Source: an uncultured Planctomycetota bacterium (GTDB lineage Bacteria > Planctomycetota > Planctomycetia > Isosphaerales > Isosphaeraceae). Taken from it: 64,000 bases of DNA. Numbering within the stretch: the stretch's first letter is position 1; each line of letters begins with the position of its first letter. Location of the stretch: positions 1,728,001-1,792,000 of the forward strand of contig CAWGMQ010000004.1 of the NCBI GenBank assembly GCA_963823665.1, written 5' to 3'. This document shows positions 17,694 through 28,004 of the stretch, piece by piece. The position numbers and the translations under genes were made by a program. The notes under the pieces were generated by a model. That model did not search any database and had not been told where the DNA came from. It was given only the letters and a program-made list of their open reading frames with translations.

Positions 17694-18038
17694 GGTAACC
17701 TCTCCTTGTCGTTTTCCAGAAGTCAAGGATAGCACGCCTGCCCGACATTGTCACGACAAAACCGTAGATGGGTCCGCGTGTGGCGGTTCTTTGCCTGAGG
17801 ATGACCGAAATGGAGAGAATCGAGGCTAGCCCGCCTCGCGGACGTCTGAAGCGCGTCATGAAGTATTGGCCACACCTGGAGTGAAGCGCTGAGCGGGTTT
17901 GTGCGGGGTGGGGCGAGCTCGATCGGTGGTTCGGACCGCGGTGGAACACGTTGCTCGACAAAAAGAGGTTCGTTCTCTGCGATCACGCAGGGCTTCGCTC
18001 AACATGATCGCGCGTTGCGCAAAGAGCGATCGGAGTGC

Positions 18039-18191
18039 CCCTTCGCGAAGCGAAGGGCGACAATGGGCTCAGCGTGAATCGGCGGGGCGCGTGCGCTGGA
18101 TTCAGGGGAGACCTCCGGGCTGGCGGAGGGCGGGGTCTGGAGACCCGCGCCCAACCAGGACGCACTTTCGCGGAGCGAAAGGCGACATTGG
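18039..18191. repeat. Cluster of REP-like hairpins
   Basis: CCCTTCGC-GAA-GCGAAGGG-CGACAATGG (18039-18066), CTTTCGC-GGA-GCGAAAG-GCGACATTGG (18165-18191), and a GGCGGGGTCTGGAGACCCGCGCCC unit between them. Confidence 0.75.
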
Positions 18192-18259
18192 CGCGGGGGC
18201 GAATGGGGGGTTTTCCTTAATCCTCGCGGGGTACGGGTGCGCAGCGAATTCTCGAGAAG

Positions 18260-19354
18260 CTACTCTTCGCGTTTCGACTGCTTCGACGCAAGTCTTACCA
18301 AGCCGAGCGTGGCCCAGGAGCTGGCGGCGCAGGTGATTGGGGTCAGGAGGGTCGCGCTGCCGGGCTCGCCATTCGGGGTCGAGCGAGAGATCATCGGCCA
18401 ACTGCCGTCTGGTGTTTGCGTGGCGACCAGGAAGTTGATCGCTCGCTTGATGCCCGGTTTTTCGGCGGTGTAACCGGCTAGCGACAAGACGTACAAAGTT
18501 TGGCCGGTGGCGAAGGCGTCGCTCTTTGGGTCAGGGACGGTTTGGCTCCAGCCACCATCGGCGCGTTGGAGAGCGAGCAACTCGTCTATCGTCGTTTGGA
18601 GGGAATCGCGCGGCTTGCCAGAGCGCACTCCCATCAGCACCTTCAGGGCCTTGTCTTGATGGAGGGCAGAGGGCTTTGCGGCGTCGAGCCAGGCGATCGC
18701 TTTTGAGAGCGCGGCACGGTGGGATTCGGGCGCGTCGGGGCCTGTTTCGCCTTCGAGCGCCATGATGATCCAGGCGGCGTCGGTTGTCTGGCTTTCGTTG
18801 ATCGGCGGCCGCCTCAAAGTGGGAAAGAACTCCCAGGAACCGTCTGGTTGCTGCTTCTTGACGATTTCTTCCGCGATCAGACTCAGGCTTTGCTTTTCCC
18901 CTTTCTCCAGTGAGGGCAACGAACGAGCAGCGACGGCCAGGAACGGGAGCCCGATGTTCAGCCCGCGACCCTGAGGGCGCGGGTCGGGTGGATCGGCCGG
19001 GTTCGGAAAGATCTTCGAGGCCAGCAACCTGTCCTTACTGCCCAGCAAGGACTCGGTCACTTCGGTCACGAATTTCTTGTTGATCGGGTACCCCTGCCGT
19101 TCGGCCTCGCTCAACGCCCAAATCGGCATTGGCACATGATGGCAGGCGGCGCATTTGCGCGTTTTTAGCCAGGCGGCACTCTCGGTCTGGATGTAGCCGA
19201 TGGCGCGCTCGATCGTCTGCTCGACCTGCTGTCGCGTTGCGGAGGGAACGGAAGGCGGTTCGTCTGCCAGGGCCACATTGGAAAGGCAGAGGCTCAGCAA
19301 GAACACTGTTAGCGAACATCGGCGAGCCATGGACCGGTCCAGTGTCAGAGCCAT
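18260..19354 (-). CDS. Secreted prenyltransferase/squalene-oxidase-repeat protein with a CxxCH motif
   Basis: Signal peptide, KCAACHH, QW repeats QQPDGSW, LQRADGGW, TQTPDGSW. Confidence 0.8.
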   Translation of the reverse strand: MALTLDRSMARRCSLTVFLLSLCLSNVALADEPPSVPSATRQQVEQTIERAIGYIQTESAAWLKTRKCAACHHVPMPIWALSEAERQGYPINKKFVTEVTESLLGSKDRLLASKIFPNPADPPDPRPQGRGLNIGLPFLAVAARSLPSLEKGEKQSLSLIAEEIVKKQQPDGSWEFFPTLRRPPINESQTTDAAWIIMALEGETGPDAPESHRAALSKAIAWLDAAKPSALHQDKALKVLMGVRSGKPRDSLQTTIDELLALQRADGGWSQTVPDPKSDAFATGQTLYVLSLAGYTAEKPGIKRAINFLVATQTPDGSWPMISRSTPNGEPGSATLLTPITCAASSWATLGLVRLASKQSKREE

Positions 19355-19428
19355 TGTTCGGCGGCAGTTTGACGCGCTGACATTGTACCGCAACCACCGC
19401 CGCAAGCGGTGGCTCATCCCTTCGCGGC

Positions 19429-21080
19429 GAGGCTGTCATCTTTTGGCCGCGTTGCGGTAACTCGGCCGTTGGGCCTAGTCGGCTGTGATTCACCGCTTGG
19501 TCGCTCGGTTAGTGCCGCCGATTCACGCCAGTTCTCCAATAGCCCAGCCGTTGACGCAAACGCGCTTTCCTATTTTGTCCCTTTTTTGCAAAGTACCGCT
19601 CATTCCGCCAGTTTGCCCATCGCTGGGCGCAGTCTCCCTGCGACAACCAGGTTGTGAGCAATTGCAAACAACAATGCGACGGCGCGGCAACGCGGTTGGC
19701 CACGCACGGGCATAAACCAGAATCCTCGATTGCGAGCCTGGGCGTTGACCCACTCGGCTGTTTGGCCTCGCAGCCGGTAGATCAGCTTCGCGGCCTCGGT
19801 CCCCATTCGGATCCGCCAAGCGGCAACCGCTTCGCTGTCGCCCTTCTTTGCGGTGTAGGGATCTTCTCCATTTGCCTGTTTCTTTTTCTCGTCTCTGATC
19901 GGCCCGTATACGATGCAGCCGCGTTGGGCCGCCTGATCGATCGAGTCCTTGGTCGTGAAGCCACCGTCAACCAATGCCTCATCCGGAATTCGTTCGTAAC
20001 GCTCCTCCAACTGGTCGAGCATGGGCGGAAGTTCTTCGCCATCGTTCCCTGCGTTGGTCACCTCCACACCCACAATCACACCGCTTTCGGTGTCTGTTGT
20101 GAATTGAACGTTATATCCCGGCCGGAATCCTCCGTCTGGAAACTTCATGATCCTCGCGTCGGGGTCGGTGGTCGAAGCACGCGCTTCCCGCCCCTTGCGG
20201 CCGTAGGACTCGTCACGTTCGCGTTGCAGCTCCTCGCACTGCCGCATCGCTTCTTCGATCCGTTGCTGTCGCTTGTTGGCGGCACGCTCCCGCGCCGCTC
20301 GCTGCCGTCGAGTCAGCTCTGCTGTGTCCTCCTCGGCCAGTTTCTTCAGCGCCTCAACCTGCTCCTTCGCCGCTTTCAGGCACTCCTCCAGGCTACCGCG
20401 ACGACGAAACGAGCTCTTGCCCGCGCTGGCACGCACTCTCATTCCGTCCTGAGCGACCCGGTCCATTTTCACCAACCCGGCATGGAGCAGGGTGCCCACG
20501 ATCTGCGTGAGCAGTTCGTTCAACTTCTCGCCCCCACAAGCGAGGAAGTGGGACAACATGCTGTGGTTGACGGTTACGCCGCCGCACAGCCACTGGTACG
20601 GCAGACTCCCTTGGTTCTTTTCGCACAGCCGTTCGATTTCACGGGCGCTGCCGACTCCCTTCAATGTGGCGAAAACCCGCAATCCGACCAGCAAGCGCGG
20701 GTCGGTGGCATCTCGGCCGACATGTCGCTCGACGGCCTTGATCTCGCCGAGCCAGGCTTTCAGATCGAGCTTGCAGACCGCCGCCCAGACGACCCGGGCC
20801 GGATGGTCGGCCTCGAGCAATTCATCGAGCGATGCCCAGCGCATCTCGATCTGGTCGCGTACGGGACACCGCAGCCGCGGCTTGCCAGTTGGCATCGACT
20901 GGGCAGCCTGGGCGGGAGAGGGCTGATCGGGCAAGTCTTCTGGGCTAAAGAGAGGAAGTGTCATGACGCTCGTCCTGCAACACCGGGGCTGCGTGGGGCT
21001 CATGCGGCGGACTACATGCATGGTATTAGAACGTGAACACTATACAAAATCAACCCCAACGCCGAAAAAATCACAGCCTC
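19429..21080 (-). mobile_element. IS1182-family insertion sequence, 1652 bp, 3-bp target duplication GGC
   Basis: Imperfect terminal IRs GAGGCTGTCATCTTTT / AAAAAATCACAGCCTC; GGC at 19426-19428 and 21081-21083. Confidence 0.85.
19600..20964 (-). CDS. IS1182-family transposase
   Basis: DUF772-like HPARVVW, SAREIERLC, YQWLCGG; DDE motifs QDGMRVRASA, GYNVQ, LVDGGF. Confidence 0.9.
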   Translation of the reverse strand: MTLPLFSPEDLPDQPSPAQAAQSMPTGKPRLRCPVRDQIEMRWASLDELLEADHPARVVWAAVCKLDLKAWLGEIKAVERHVGRDATDPRLLVGLRVFATLKGVGSAREIERLCEKNQGSLPYQWLCGGVTVNHSMLSHFLACGGEKLNELLTQIVGTLLHAGLVKMDRVAQDGMRVRASAGKSSFRRRGSLEECLKAAKEQVEALKKLAEEDTAELTRRQRAARERAANKRQQRIEEAMRQCEELQRERDESYGRKGREARASTTDPDARIMKFPDGGFRPGYNVQFTTDTESGVIVGVEVTNAGNDGEELPPMLDQLEERYERIPDEALVDGGFTTKDSIDQAAQRGCIVYGPIRDEKKKQANGEDPYTAKKGDSEAVAAWRIRMGTEAAKLIYRLRGQTAEWVNAQARNRGFWFMPVRGQPRCRAVALLFAIAHNLVVAGRLRPAMGKLAE

Positions 21081-21267
21081 GGCGCGAAGGGCGACAATGG
21101 GCTTGGCGGAAACTTGCAATCCTGGCGGTGCTACTTGGAGGGCTGGGGGGGTGGCCGTGTGGCAGTGGCGGGCCGCCGACCGGGCGCGAATCAGGGCGGC
21201 AGTCGCGCGGGGGGAAGCCCAGACGGCCCGGAATGCGGAGAAGAAGGCCCGCTACGCATAACGCCGT

Positions 21268-22281
21268 GTGATCGGGGCACTCGAGGCGTTTGCTCGGTTC
21301 GAAAGCGGCGCGCCGCAAGTGTTCATTCGCGTGGGCGGCAATAGTCCGGCTGGGCCTTATCCGATCCTGGCACTTTACGGCGAGCAAGGCTCGGCCAAGA
21401 GCACGCTGGCGAGGATCATCCGATCGCTGATCGATCCCCAGGATTCCCCGCTGCTTTCCGAGCCACGCAGTACCCGTGATCTGATGGTCACCGCCACCAA
21501 CGGGTGGCTGCTCGCTTACGACAATATCAGCGCGATTCGCCCGTGGCTGTCTGACGGCCTCTGGCGGCTGGCCACCGGCGGCGGCTTTGCGGGACGCGCC
21601 TTGTTTTCCAATGACGAGCGAACGGTACTGCACGCGCAACGACCAGTGATCCTGAACGGGATTGAAGAATTCGTCCAGCGCGGCGATCTGAGCGACCGCA
21701 CGGTCTTTCTCAATCTGGCGCCGATCCCGCCGGGCCAGCGGTGGCGCGAGGATGAGTTGTGGCACGCATTTTACCGGGACAGGCCGCTGATTCTCGGGTC
21801 TTTGCTCGATGCGATCGCGGGAGGGCTGCGCGAGCTGGCGTCGGTCAAGCTGGCGGAATTGCCCCGCATGGCCGACTTTGCCGCGTTCGCCGAAGCAGTG
21901 GGCCGGGCGCTGGGATGGAACGCCGATACGGTCCTTGCGGACTACAACAATAATCGTAAGGACGCGAGCGCGGCACAAATTGAAGACTCGGTGATCGCGA
22001 GCGCCATGCTGGAGCGTGCCCCTGAAACCTTGAACTGGTGGGGCACCCCTACCGAGCTGCTCAAGGACCTCGGCGACCAGGTGGGAAAGAAGGTGACTTC
22101 CTCGGCCGGGTGGCCCAAATCGCCTTCCGTGATGACGAATGAGCTCCGCCGGATCGCACCGCAACTCCGGAGCAACGGGGTGTCGGTCACGTTTGAGCGA
22201 ACCGCCGGAAAGCGGATCATCTGCGTCCGGACCACGCATAAGCAGGAACCGGGTCGTCATCCGCAAGTCGATATTTTATAA
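21268..22281 (+). pseudogene. Phage/satellite primase-helicase-associated ATPase, truncated
   Basis: GEQGSAKST Walker A, LAYDNIS, ATGGGFAGRALFSNDE, LPRMADF; N-terminal part missing. Confidence 0.65.
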
Positions 22282-22371
22282 TGCCTTGTGTCGACCATCT
22301 CGGCGCTGCCAAAAACGTCGTCATCCGTAAGTCCAGTTCCTGTAAGGAGATGACGACGATGACGACGTTTT
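22253..22371. repeat. Iteron-like direct and inverted repeats
   Basis: GTCGTCATCCGYAAGTC at 22253-22269 and 22317-22333; GATGACGAC x2 at 22349-22366; 14-bp IR 22312-22325 / 22358-22371. Confidence 0.75.
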
Positions 22372-22688
22372 GGGGGGTGTGCGGGAGCTGTTCGGTGGCT
22401 TGGAAGACAAATGCGAACGCAGGTGAGCGGGTAGTGCGGTGCCGGAGGTGGATCACTGGTTGCCTGGCGGGCGAAACAGGTCGCCGACGACTAAGAAGGG
22501 GAACCGCACCCACGCCTGGTGATTTCCGCGGCGGCTTGCCGACGCAATTGTGAACTATGCTTCGACAACTGGGGCGCGTGTTGTAGAATTGGGGCGGCAG
22601 CCCGAATCGAGAATCTCGAACGGCGATCGCGCCAGGCGTGCGGTTTCCGTTCCTTGCCCCGACGATGCACATCCTTGGATCGCTTTCG

Positions 22689-23957
22689 ATGTCCACTCGA
22701 CGCCGATGTCTACTCCGTCCGGTTCTGGATCAGCTTGATGAGCGCTGTTTGCCGTCCGGCTTGACGCCCGCGCAGTTGACCAGCGCTTACGGACTGGACT
22801 CGATCACGTTTGGCACGGGCTCCGGAGCGATCAAAGGGGATGGGACCGGGCAAGTCATCGCGCTGATTGAAGCCTACCACGACCCGTACATCGTCTCGGA
22901 CCTCGAGACTTTTGATAAGGCGTTTGGTCTGCCGGACCCGCCCAGGCTGATCGTCGCGAATCAGGCTGGAAGTGTCACGAACTCGGACTGGGCGCTCGAA
23001 GAATCGATGGATGTCGAGTGGGCACATGCTATTGCGCCGGGAGCAACCATCCTGGTTGTCGAAGCACACTCGCAAACGCGCCAGAGCCTGATCACCGCTG
23101 TGAATGCCGCACGATACACGCCCGGGGTTACCGTGATCTCGATGAGCTGGGGCTTTAACGAGTCAGCTAACGAGGATTCGTACAACAGGGTGTTCACGAC
23201 TCCGCCGGGGCATCGGGGGATCACGTTTTTCGCGGCGAGCGGTGATAGCGGAGCGGCCCTGGGGGCCGACTGGCCCTCGGTGACGCCGTCGGTGGTCGCG
23301 GTGGGCGGCACGACGCTGAACGTGACGGACTCGGGGCATTACCTCGACGAGACGGCCTGGCTGGATAGTACCGGAGGAGTTAGCCGGTACGAGCAAGAAC
23401 CTGGGTATCAGCGATCGGTGCAGGGCACCGGCAAACGAAGCACACCCGATGTCGCGTTCGATGGTGACCCCAACACGGGCGTCAGCGTCTACCAGACAGT
23501 CTACGGCGGCCACGGTTCCTGGGAGGTGGTGGGTGGAACGAGCCTGGGCACTCCGGCCTGGGCCGCGATCACGGCCATTGTCGACCAGGGGCGCGTGCTC
23601 GATGGCAAGGGCTCGCTCGACGGTGCAACGCAGACGCTGCCCATACTGTATTCGCTGCCATCGAGCGATTTCAACTTCATTCCGCCTGTGAATGCCAGGG
23701 TCAGCCAGGCGGCCGGCGGGAGCGCGAATACAACCACCGGACTGGGCACGCCGAACGGGCGCGCGCTCGTGGCCGATCTGGTTGCGAGCAACATCTCCAC
23801 TCTGCTCACAACCAGCACAGCGCGCACCGCCGCGAACGCACGGGCGAGCGCTGCGAAGAGGAACGCGCACGCAGCGGCGGCCCTGCCGGTTTCGCGGCAA
23901 CCCGTGCGATCTCCGTCAACAGCGGTCTTGTTTGCAAATCGAAGTCGCGTCAGGTAG
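22689..23957 (+). CDS. S53 (sedolisin/kumamolisin) peptidase
   Basis: WALEESMDVEW (Glu/Asp), ASGDSG, GGTSLG (Ser); LEPR-XLL-like N-terminus RPVLDQLDERCLPS. Confidence 0.9.
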   Translation: MSTRRRCLLRPVLDQLDERCLPSGLTPAQLTSAYGLDSITFGTGSGAIKGDGTGQVIALIEAYHDPYIVSDLETFDKAFGLPDPPRLIVANQAGSVTNSDWALEESMDVEWAHAIAPGATILVVEAHSQTRQSLITAVNAARYTPGVTVISMSWGFNESANEDSYNRVFTTPPGHRGITFFAASGDSGAALGADWPSVTPSVVAVGGTTLNVTDSGHYLDETAWLDSTGGVSRYEQEPGYQRSVQGTGKRSTPDVAFDGDPNTGVSVYQTVYGGHGSWEVVGGTSLGTPAWAAITAIVDQGRVLDGKGSLDGATQTLPILYSLPSSDFNFIPPVNARVSQAAGGSANTTTGLGTPNGRALVADLVASNISTLLTTSTARTAANARASAAKRNAHAAAALPVSRQPVRSPSTAVLFANRSRVR

Positions 23958-24053
23958 GGTTTCCACGAGGAACATGTTGACACTCGCTCATCGTCATCAT
24001 CCTTCGTGAATTCGACCTCGCAATGGAATGCGCACCCTGGGAGTTGGTCAATC

Positions 24054-25526
24054 ATGCGAAACCGCCGTCGCGGGCCGCGCTGCCGGCCTCTACTGGATGA
24101 ACTTGACGACCGCTGTTTGCTTTCGGGTTTCTCGCCGTATCAGCCGAGCGGATTCACCCCTGCCCAAATCACTGCCGCCTATGGTTTAAACGACATCACC
24201 TTCACTTCAAAGACGGGCGCCACCGTCACGGGAAACGGCAGCGGGGAAACGATCGCATTGATCGAGATGTACCACGATCCTAACATCCAGTCGGATCTGG
24301 CAACGTTCGATGCGAAATACGATCTGCCGACGCCGTCGCTCTCGGTGGTGGACCAGGCGGGCACTCAGACCAATAGTGGATGGGCGCTTGAGGAGTCCAT
24401 GGATGTCGAGTGGGCGCACGCAGTCGCCCCCGGCGCCAACATCCTGGTGGTGGAGGCGGCGCCGTCTTATTCACAAACCCAGGAATTACAGAACCTCTTG
24501 AACGCGGTGAACACGGCGCGGAACACGGCGGGCGTGGTGGCCGTCTCGATGAGCTGGGGCTTCAACGAAATGTCCAACGAGTCGTCGTACGACTCTTATT
24601 TCACGACGCCGTCCGGGCACCAAGGCGTTACCTTCATCGCGGCCAGCGGAGACAGCGGATACGTTGAGTATCCTTCTGCCTCGCCGAATGTTCTTGCTGT
24701 GGGTGGCACAACCCTCAATTTGACGGGCTCGGGGGCGTACTCGTCGGAAACCGCGTGGGCGGACAGCGGGGGCGGGTACAGCGCATACGAACAGGAGCCG
24801 AGCTACCAGGGCGGCGTGCAAACCAGCGGGGCGCGGAGCACGCCGGACGTGGCGTTCGACGCCGATCCGAATTCGGGCGTCATGGTCTACTCGACGGCGC
24901 CTGGGGGCAGGTCGGGTTCGTGGCAGGTGGTTGGGGGAACGAGCCTGGGCTCACCGTCGTGGGCGGGAATCATCGCCATTGTCGACCAGGGACGAGCTGT
25001 CGCGGGGCTCGGAAGCCTGGATGGCGCGACCCAGACGCTGCCCGCGCTTTACGCGGCAGCATCGAGCAATTTCAACAGCGTCGCGTCGGCCCCGACTTTC
25101 GGCGGCTATTCGTTCGGAGGTTTCAACCCGTTTGTAGGATTTGCGGGCAACAGCCAGGCCTCGAGCTCCTTCTGGGGCGGCTTCGGATTGGGCATCGGCC
25201 TGAACTCCGGCTCGACGACCTCGAGCGGTGAAACTGCCAATACATCGACGGGACTGGGAACGCCCAAAGGCGCGTCGCTGATCTCCGATCTGGTCGGGAG
25301 CACTCTCACGAAGGCGGTTACCTTCATCGACAGCAGCAACAGCGGCACGGGAACCACGCCGACAAGCCCGACGCAGCCGACGAAGCCGGTTGGCTCGAAG
25401 CACCGCGCGAAACATGGGCATACCACCGCCAAGCACACGAAGCACGCGGCGAAAGTGAGCGGGCGTAAGCTGGTGAATCAGGCGCACACATCCGCCAAAC
25501 ATGTCTCTGGTATACGGCTTGTGTAG
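24054..25526 (+). CDS. S53 peptidase, paralogue
   Basis: Same catalytic motifs; RPLLDELDDRCLLS N-terminus; Gly/Phe-rich insert and His/Lys-rich tail. Confidence 0.9.
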   Translation: MRNRRRGPRCRPLLDELDDRCLLSGFSPYQPSGFTPAQITAAYGLNDITFTSKTGATVTGNGSGETIALIEMYHDPNIQSDLATFDAKYDLPTPSLSVVDQAGTQTNSGWALEESMDVEWAHAVAPGANILVVEAAPSYSQTQELQNLLNAVNTARNTAGVVAVSMSWGFNEMSNESSYDSYFTTPSGHQGVTFIAASGDSGYVEYPSASPNVLAVGGTTLNLTGSGAYSSETAWADSGGGYSAYEQEPSYQGGVQTSGARSTPDVAFDADPNSGVMVYSTAPGGRSGSWQVVGGTSLGSPSWAGIIAIVDQGRAVAGLGSLDGATQTLPALYAAASSNFNSVASAPTFGGYSFGGFNPFVGFAGNSQASSSFWGGFGLGIGLNSGSTTSSGETANTSTGLGTPKGASLISDLVGSTLTKAVTFIDSSNSGTGTTPTSPTQPTKPVGSKHRAKHGHTTAKHTKHAAKVSGRKLVNQAHTSAKHVSGIRLV

Positions 25527-25874
25527 GTGGCTCGATCGGAAACGGCGGGCCGACACGAGGGTCGGCCGTGCGGGCGCTGGCGGGCCGCCTGGGGTGTCGG
25601 CCTGGGCTGATGAACACTCGGGCTTATTGACGAATTTCGCCGTGAACGATTCGGCGTTTTCTGTTGCGCGACCGCCTTGTGAGCGTGGCCGCCGGGATGC
25701 ACCCCCCTGGCCCCCCCTTCTAAAGGGCTCAGAGGGAGGGGTTTTCGTCACCAACAGCTCCCACTCCCTGGGGAGGGCTGTGGTGACGGGTCGATTGCAG
25801 CAACACCGCCGCTCGAATCGAATGGCTCGCCAGAAGAGACCGTGGCCAGCGTGGGAGCCGTGGCGCCGCCAGAT

Positions 25875-26078
25875 GCTAGCGTTCAGCCGCGAATAGAGAT
25901 CAACGTATCGTTTGAACAACTCGTCATAAAGGCTGGCATTGGCGGGGTTGGGCTCGACCAGAGTGTCGATCGCAACCATGGCGCGGGCGGCCTCGGAGAA
26001 ATCGGCGTAGACGCCCGCGGCGAGTGCCGCGGCCATGGCTGATCCCAGCGCGCACGACTCGCTGTCCTTGGCAGTCCC
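25875..26078 (-). pseudogene. C-terminal fragment of an FGGY-family carbohydrate kinase
   Basis: ESCALGSAMAAALAAGVYADFSEAARAMV...EPNPANASLYDELFKRYVDLY with no N-terminal part. Confidence 0.7.
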
Positions 26079-26320
26079 AGGAGGAGTGACGGTCGTTCAC
26101 CGGTAGTTTCCATGACGTGGCGACCTCGCGGCTTGCCGGCCGGAAACGCATCTCGAAGCAGGCTCAAGCTCAATCGGAAAGAAGACTATCGAGCCAGCCC
26201 CGATCGATCCGGCCGACGCAATGGCGATCGACGTCGACCGATGCCCGAGCGACTCTTTGCAGCACGGCACGCATTCACGAGATTCCCTCGACCCTGCCCG
26301 CGACCGTCGAATTGAGAGCA

Positions 26321-27044
26321 TCATACCGCGGGGCCGGGGCGGCTTTCGAGAGCCTGGTCGCGGTGCCAGAGCCAGGCGAAGAGAGGGAGCAATGCCAGGG
26401 CCCCCCACTGATAGGCAGTCAGGCCCAGGGCCACGACCGGCTCGGGGCGGATGAACTCGGTGAAGAACCGATAGATCAGGTAGGCGATCAGGTAGAGCTT
26501 GATGCGCTGGAGCCGGAACAGCCCCCGGCGTTCGGTCCAGACGAGGAACACCGCGGCCGAGGCGTGAAACGCGACCTCGTAGAGCTGGGTCGGATGTCGT
26601 GGGAGGCCGTCGTGAAATACCACGCCCCAGGGGAGGTTCGTCGGCTTGCCGTAGCAGCAGCCGCCGACGAAGCAGGCCAGCCGGCCCACGGCCACCGCAG
26701 CGGCCACCGGCACCGCAAAGCTTTCGCCGGTCTTGATCGTCACACCCAGAATCGCCTTGGCCACCTCGACGCCAAAATAGCCGCCAACCAGGCCGAACAG
26801 GATCGTCTTGCCGTTGTCGAACCACGCTCGGCCGCTGGCCAGTCCTTCCCAGTCGGCCAGCACGAACGGCACCTTCGAACCGATCATCGCGCCGCAGAAG
26901 GCCCCCAGCGCGATCCCCCACCGCTGCTACCGCCGAGAGCGGCGGTGCCCGGTCGCCGCGCCGTTCGACGAGCACCGCCGTCACGAGCGCCATCGCCATG
27001 ATCGCGGCGTAGGCCAGGCCAGGGGCGGGCGGAGAATCGGTCAT
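26321..27044 (-). CDS. Prolipoprotein diacylglyceryl transferase (Lgt)-like membrane protein, frameshift near 26930
   Basis: MIGSK, GKTILFGLVGG, AVGRLACFVGGCCYGKPT.LPWGV, HPTQLYE, YRFFTEFIR. Confidence 0.85.
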
Positions 27045-27052
27045 CAGTTCTT

Positions 27053-27244
27053 TCACAGGCTCTCAGCGATTGAAGAGGGTGCAATAGGCGAACATGGCGC
27101 GGAAGGTGCGGAATACCCCGGTCGGACGCCGGGATACTTGCGCCAGTCCCGACGCTGGCAGAGCCAGCATTCCGCCGCGCCGGGGTCGTTCGTCGCGCCG
27201 CAGTCCCAGCAGGTCGGCTCGGGCTTTGGCTTCTGATCGCTCAT
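27053..27244 (-). CDS. Small Zn-ribbon protein
   Basis: CWDCGATNDPGAAECWLC; DNA 73/77 identical to the start of the upstream gene. Confidence 0.55.
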   Translation of the reverse strand: MSDQKPKPEPTCWDCGATNDPGAAECWLCQRRDWRKYPGVRPGYSAPSAPCSPIAPSSIAESL

Positions 27245-27335
27245 GACGGAGACCTCGCTGGGGAAGCTTCAGCCCAATTCACCTCTCGGCGGTCACCCGG
27301 GGTGGGGTGGGGCACGCGGCTCCGCGACTTCGATT

Positions 27336-28004
27336 CTAAAGGGATATTGGGCCCCTCGGGTGGCAAATCAGCAAGACGGCGATGCACAGGGACACGAACA
27401 TGAGCGCGGGGAGCAGGACCGCCATGAAGATGACCGAGGCGATCTGCTGGAGACCCGTCATCCGCCGTCCGTCATCACGGCTCCGATACCTGGCACGCGC
27501 CCAGGTGATCAACGAGGCTGGGATCAAAAAGATAGGCGATACGACGAGGAGCGCCGCCAAGCCACCGGCCGAGACGATCCGCGCGACCAGAATCGCCCCG
27601 GCGGCGATCGTGGTCACGGCGGTGGCGAATTCCAGGGTAGTCATCGACTGTCCCGGAAGCGGCCGCTTTCGAAACCGCGACCAGATGTATAGCACGACCG
27701 GAACCGGCAAGGGCAGGAAATAAAACCAGGGCAGGAAATAAAACCAGAAGTAGGTATTGTGCCCGGCGTCAAGGGCCATCCCCGCACTGAGAATGGCGAT
27801 CGCTCCGACGATGATGATGCCGGCAATGGGCAGTCGGGACCGATCGCCGCCCCGAGATACGCCGGTCTTCGCCGGCCCCGAGGCCCGATCAGAAAACCAG
27901 TCCCGGTGGTGGCAGAGCCAGCATTCCGACGCGCCGGCGTCGTTCGTCGCGCCGCAGTTCCAGCAGGTCGGCTCGAGCTTTGGCTTGGTGCTCGGTTGGC
28001 TCAT
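27336..28004 (-). CDS. Zn-ribbon membrane protein
   Basis: CWNCGATNDAGASECWLC followed by about five hydrophobic segments; ATGA-coupled to the upstream gene. Confidence 0.7.
   Translation of the reverse strand: MSQPSTKPKLEPTCWNCGATNDAGASECWLCHHRDWFSDRASGPAKTGVSRGGDRSRLPIAGIIIVGAIAILSAGMALDAGHNTYFWFYFLPWFYFLPLPVPVVLYIWSRFRKRPLPGQSMTTLEFATAVTTIAAGAILVARIVSAGGLAALLVVSPIFLIPASLITWARARYRSRDDGRRMTGLQQIASVIFMAVLLPALMFVSLCIAVLLICHPRGPISL
27710..27747. repeat. 18-bp tandem duplication encoding WFYFLP x2
   Basis: AGGGCAGGAAATAAAACC x2. Confidence 0.9.

Noticed and set aside
19481..19490. GGCTGTGATT as the left end of IS1182 (perfect 10-bp IR)
   Set aside because: The end at 19429 gives a longer IR, a 3-bp target duplication and restores the REP hairpin; 19481 is an internal repeat.
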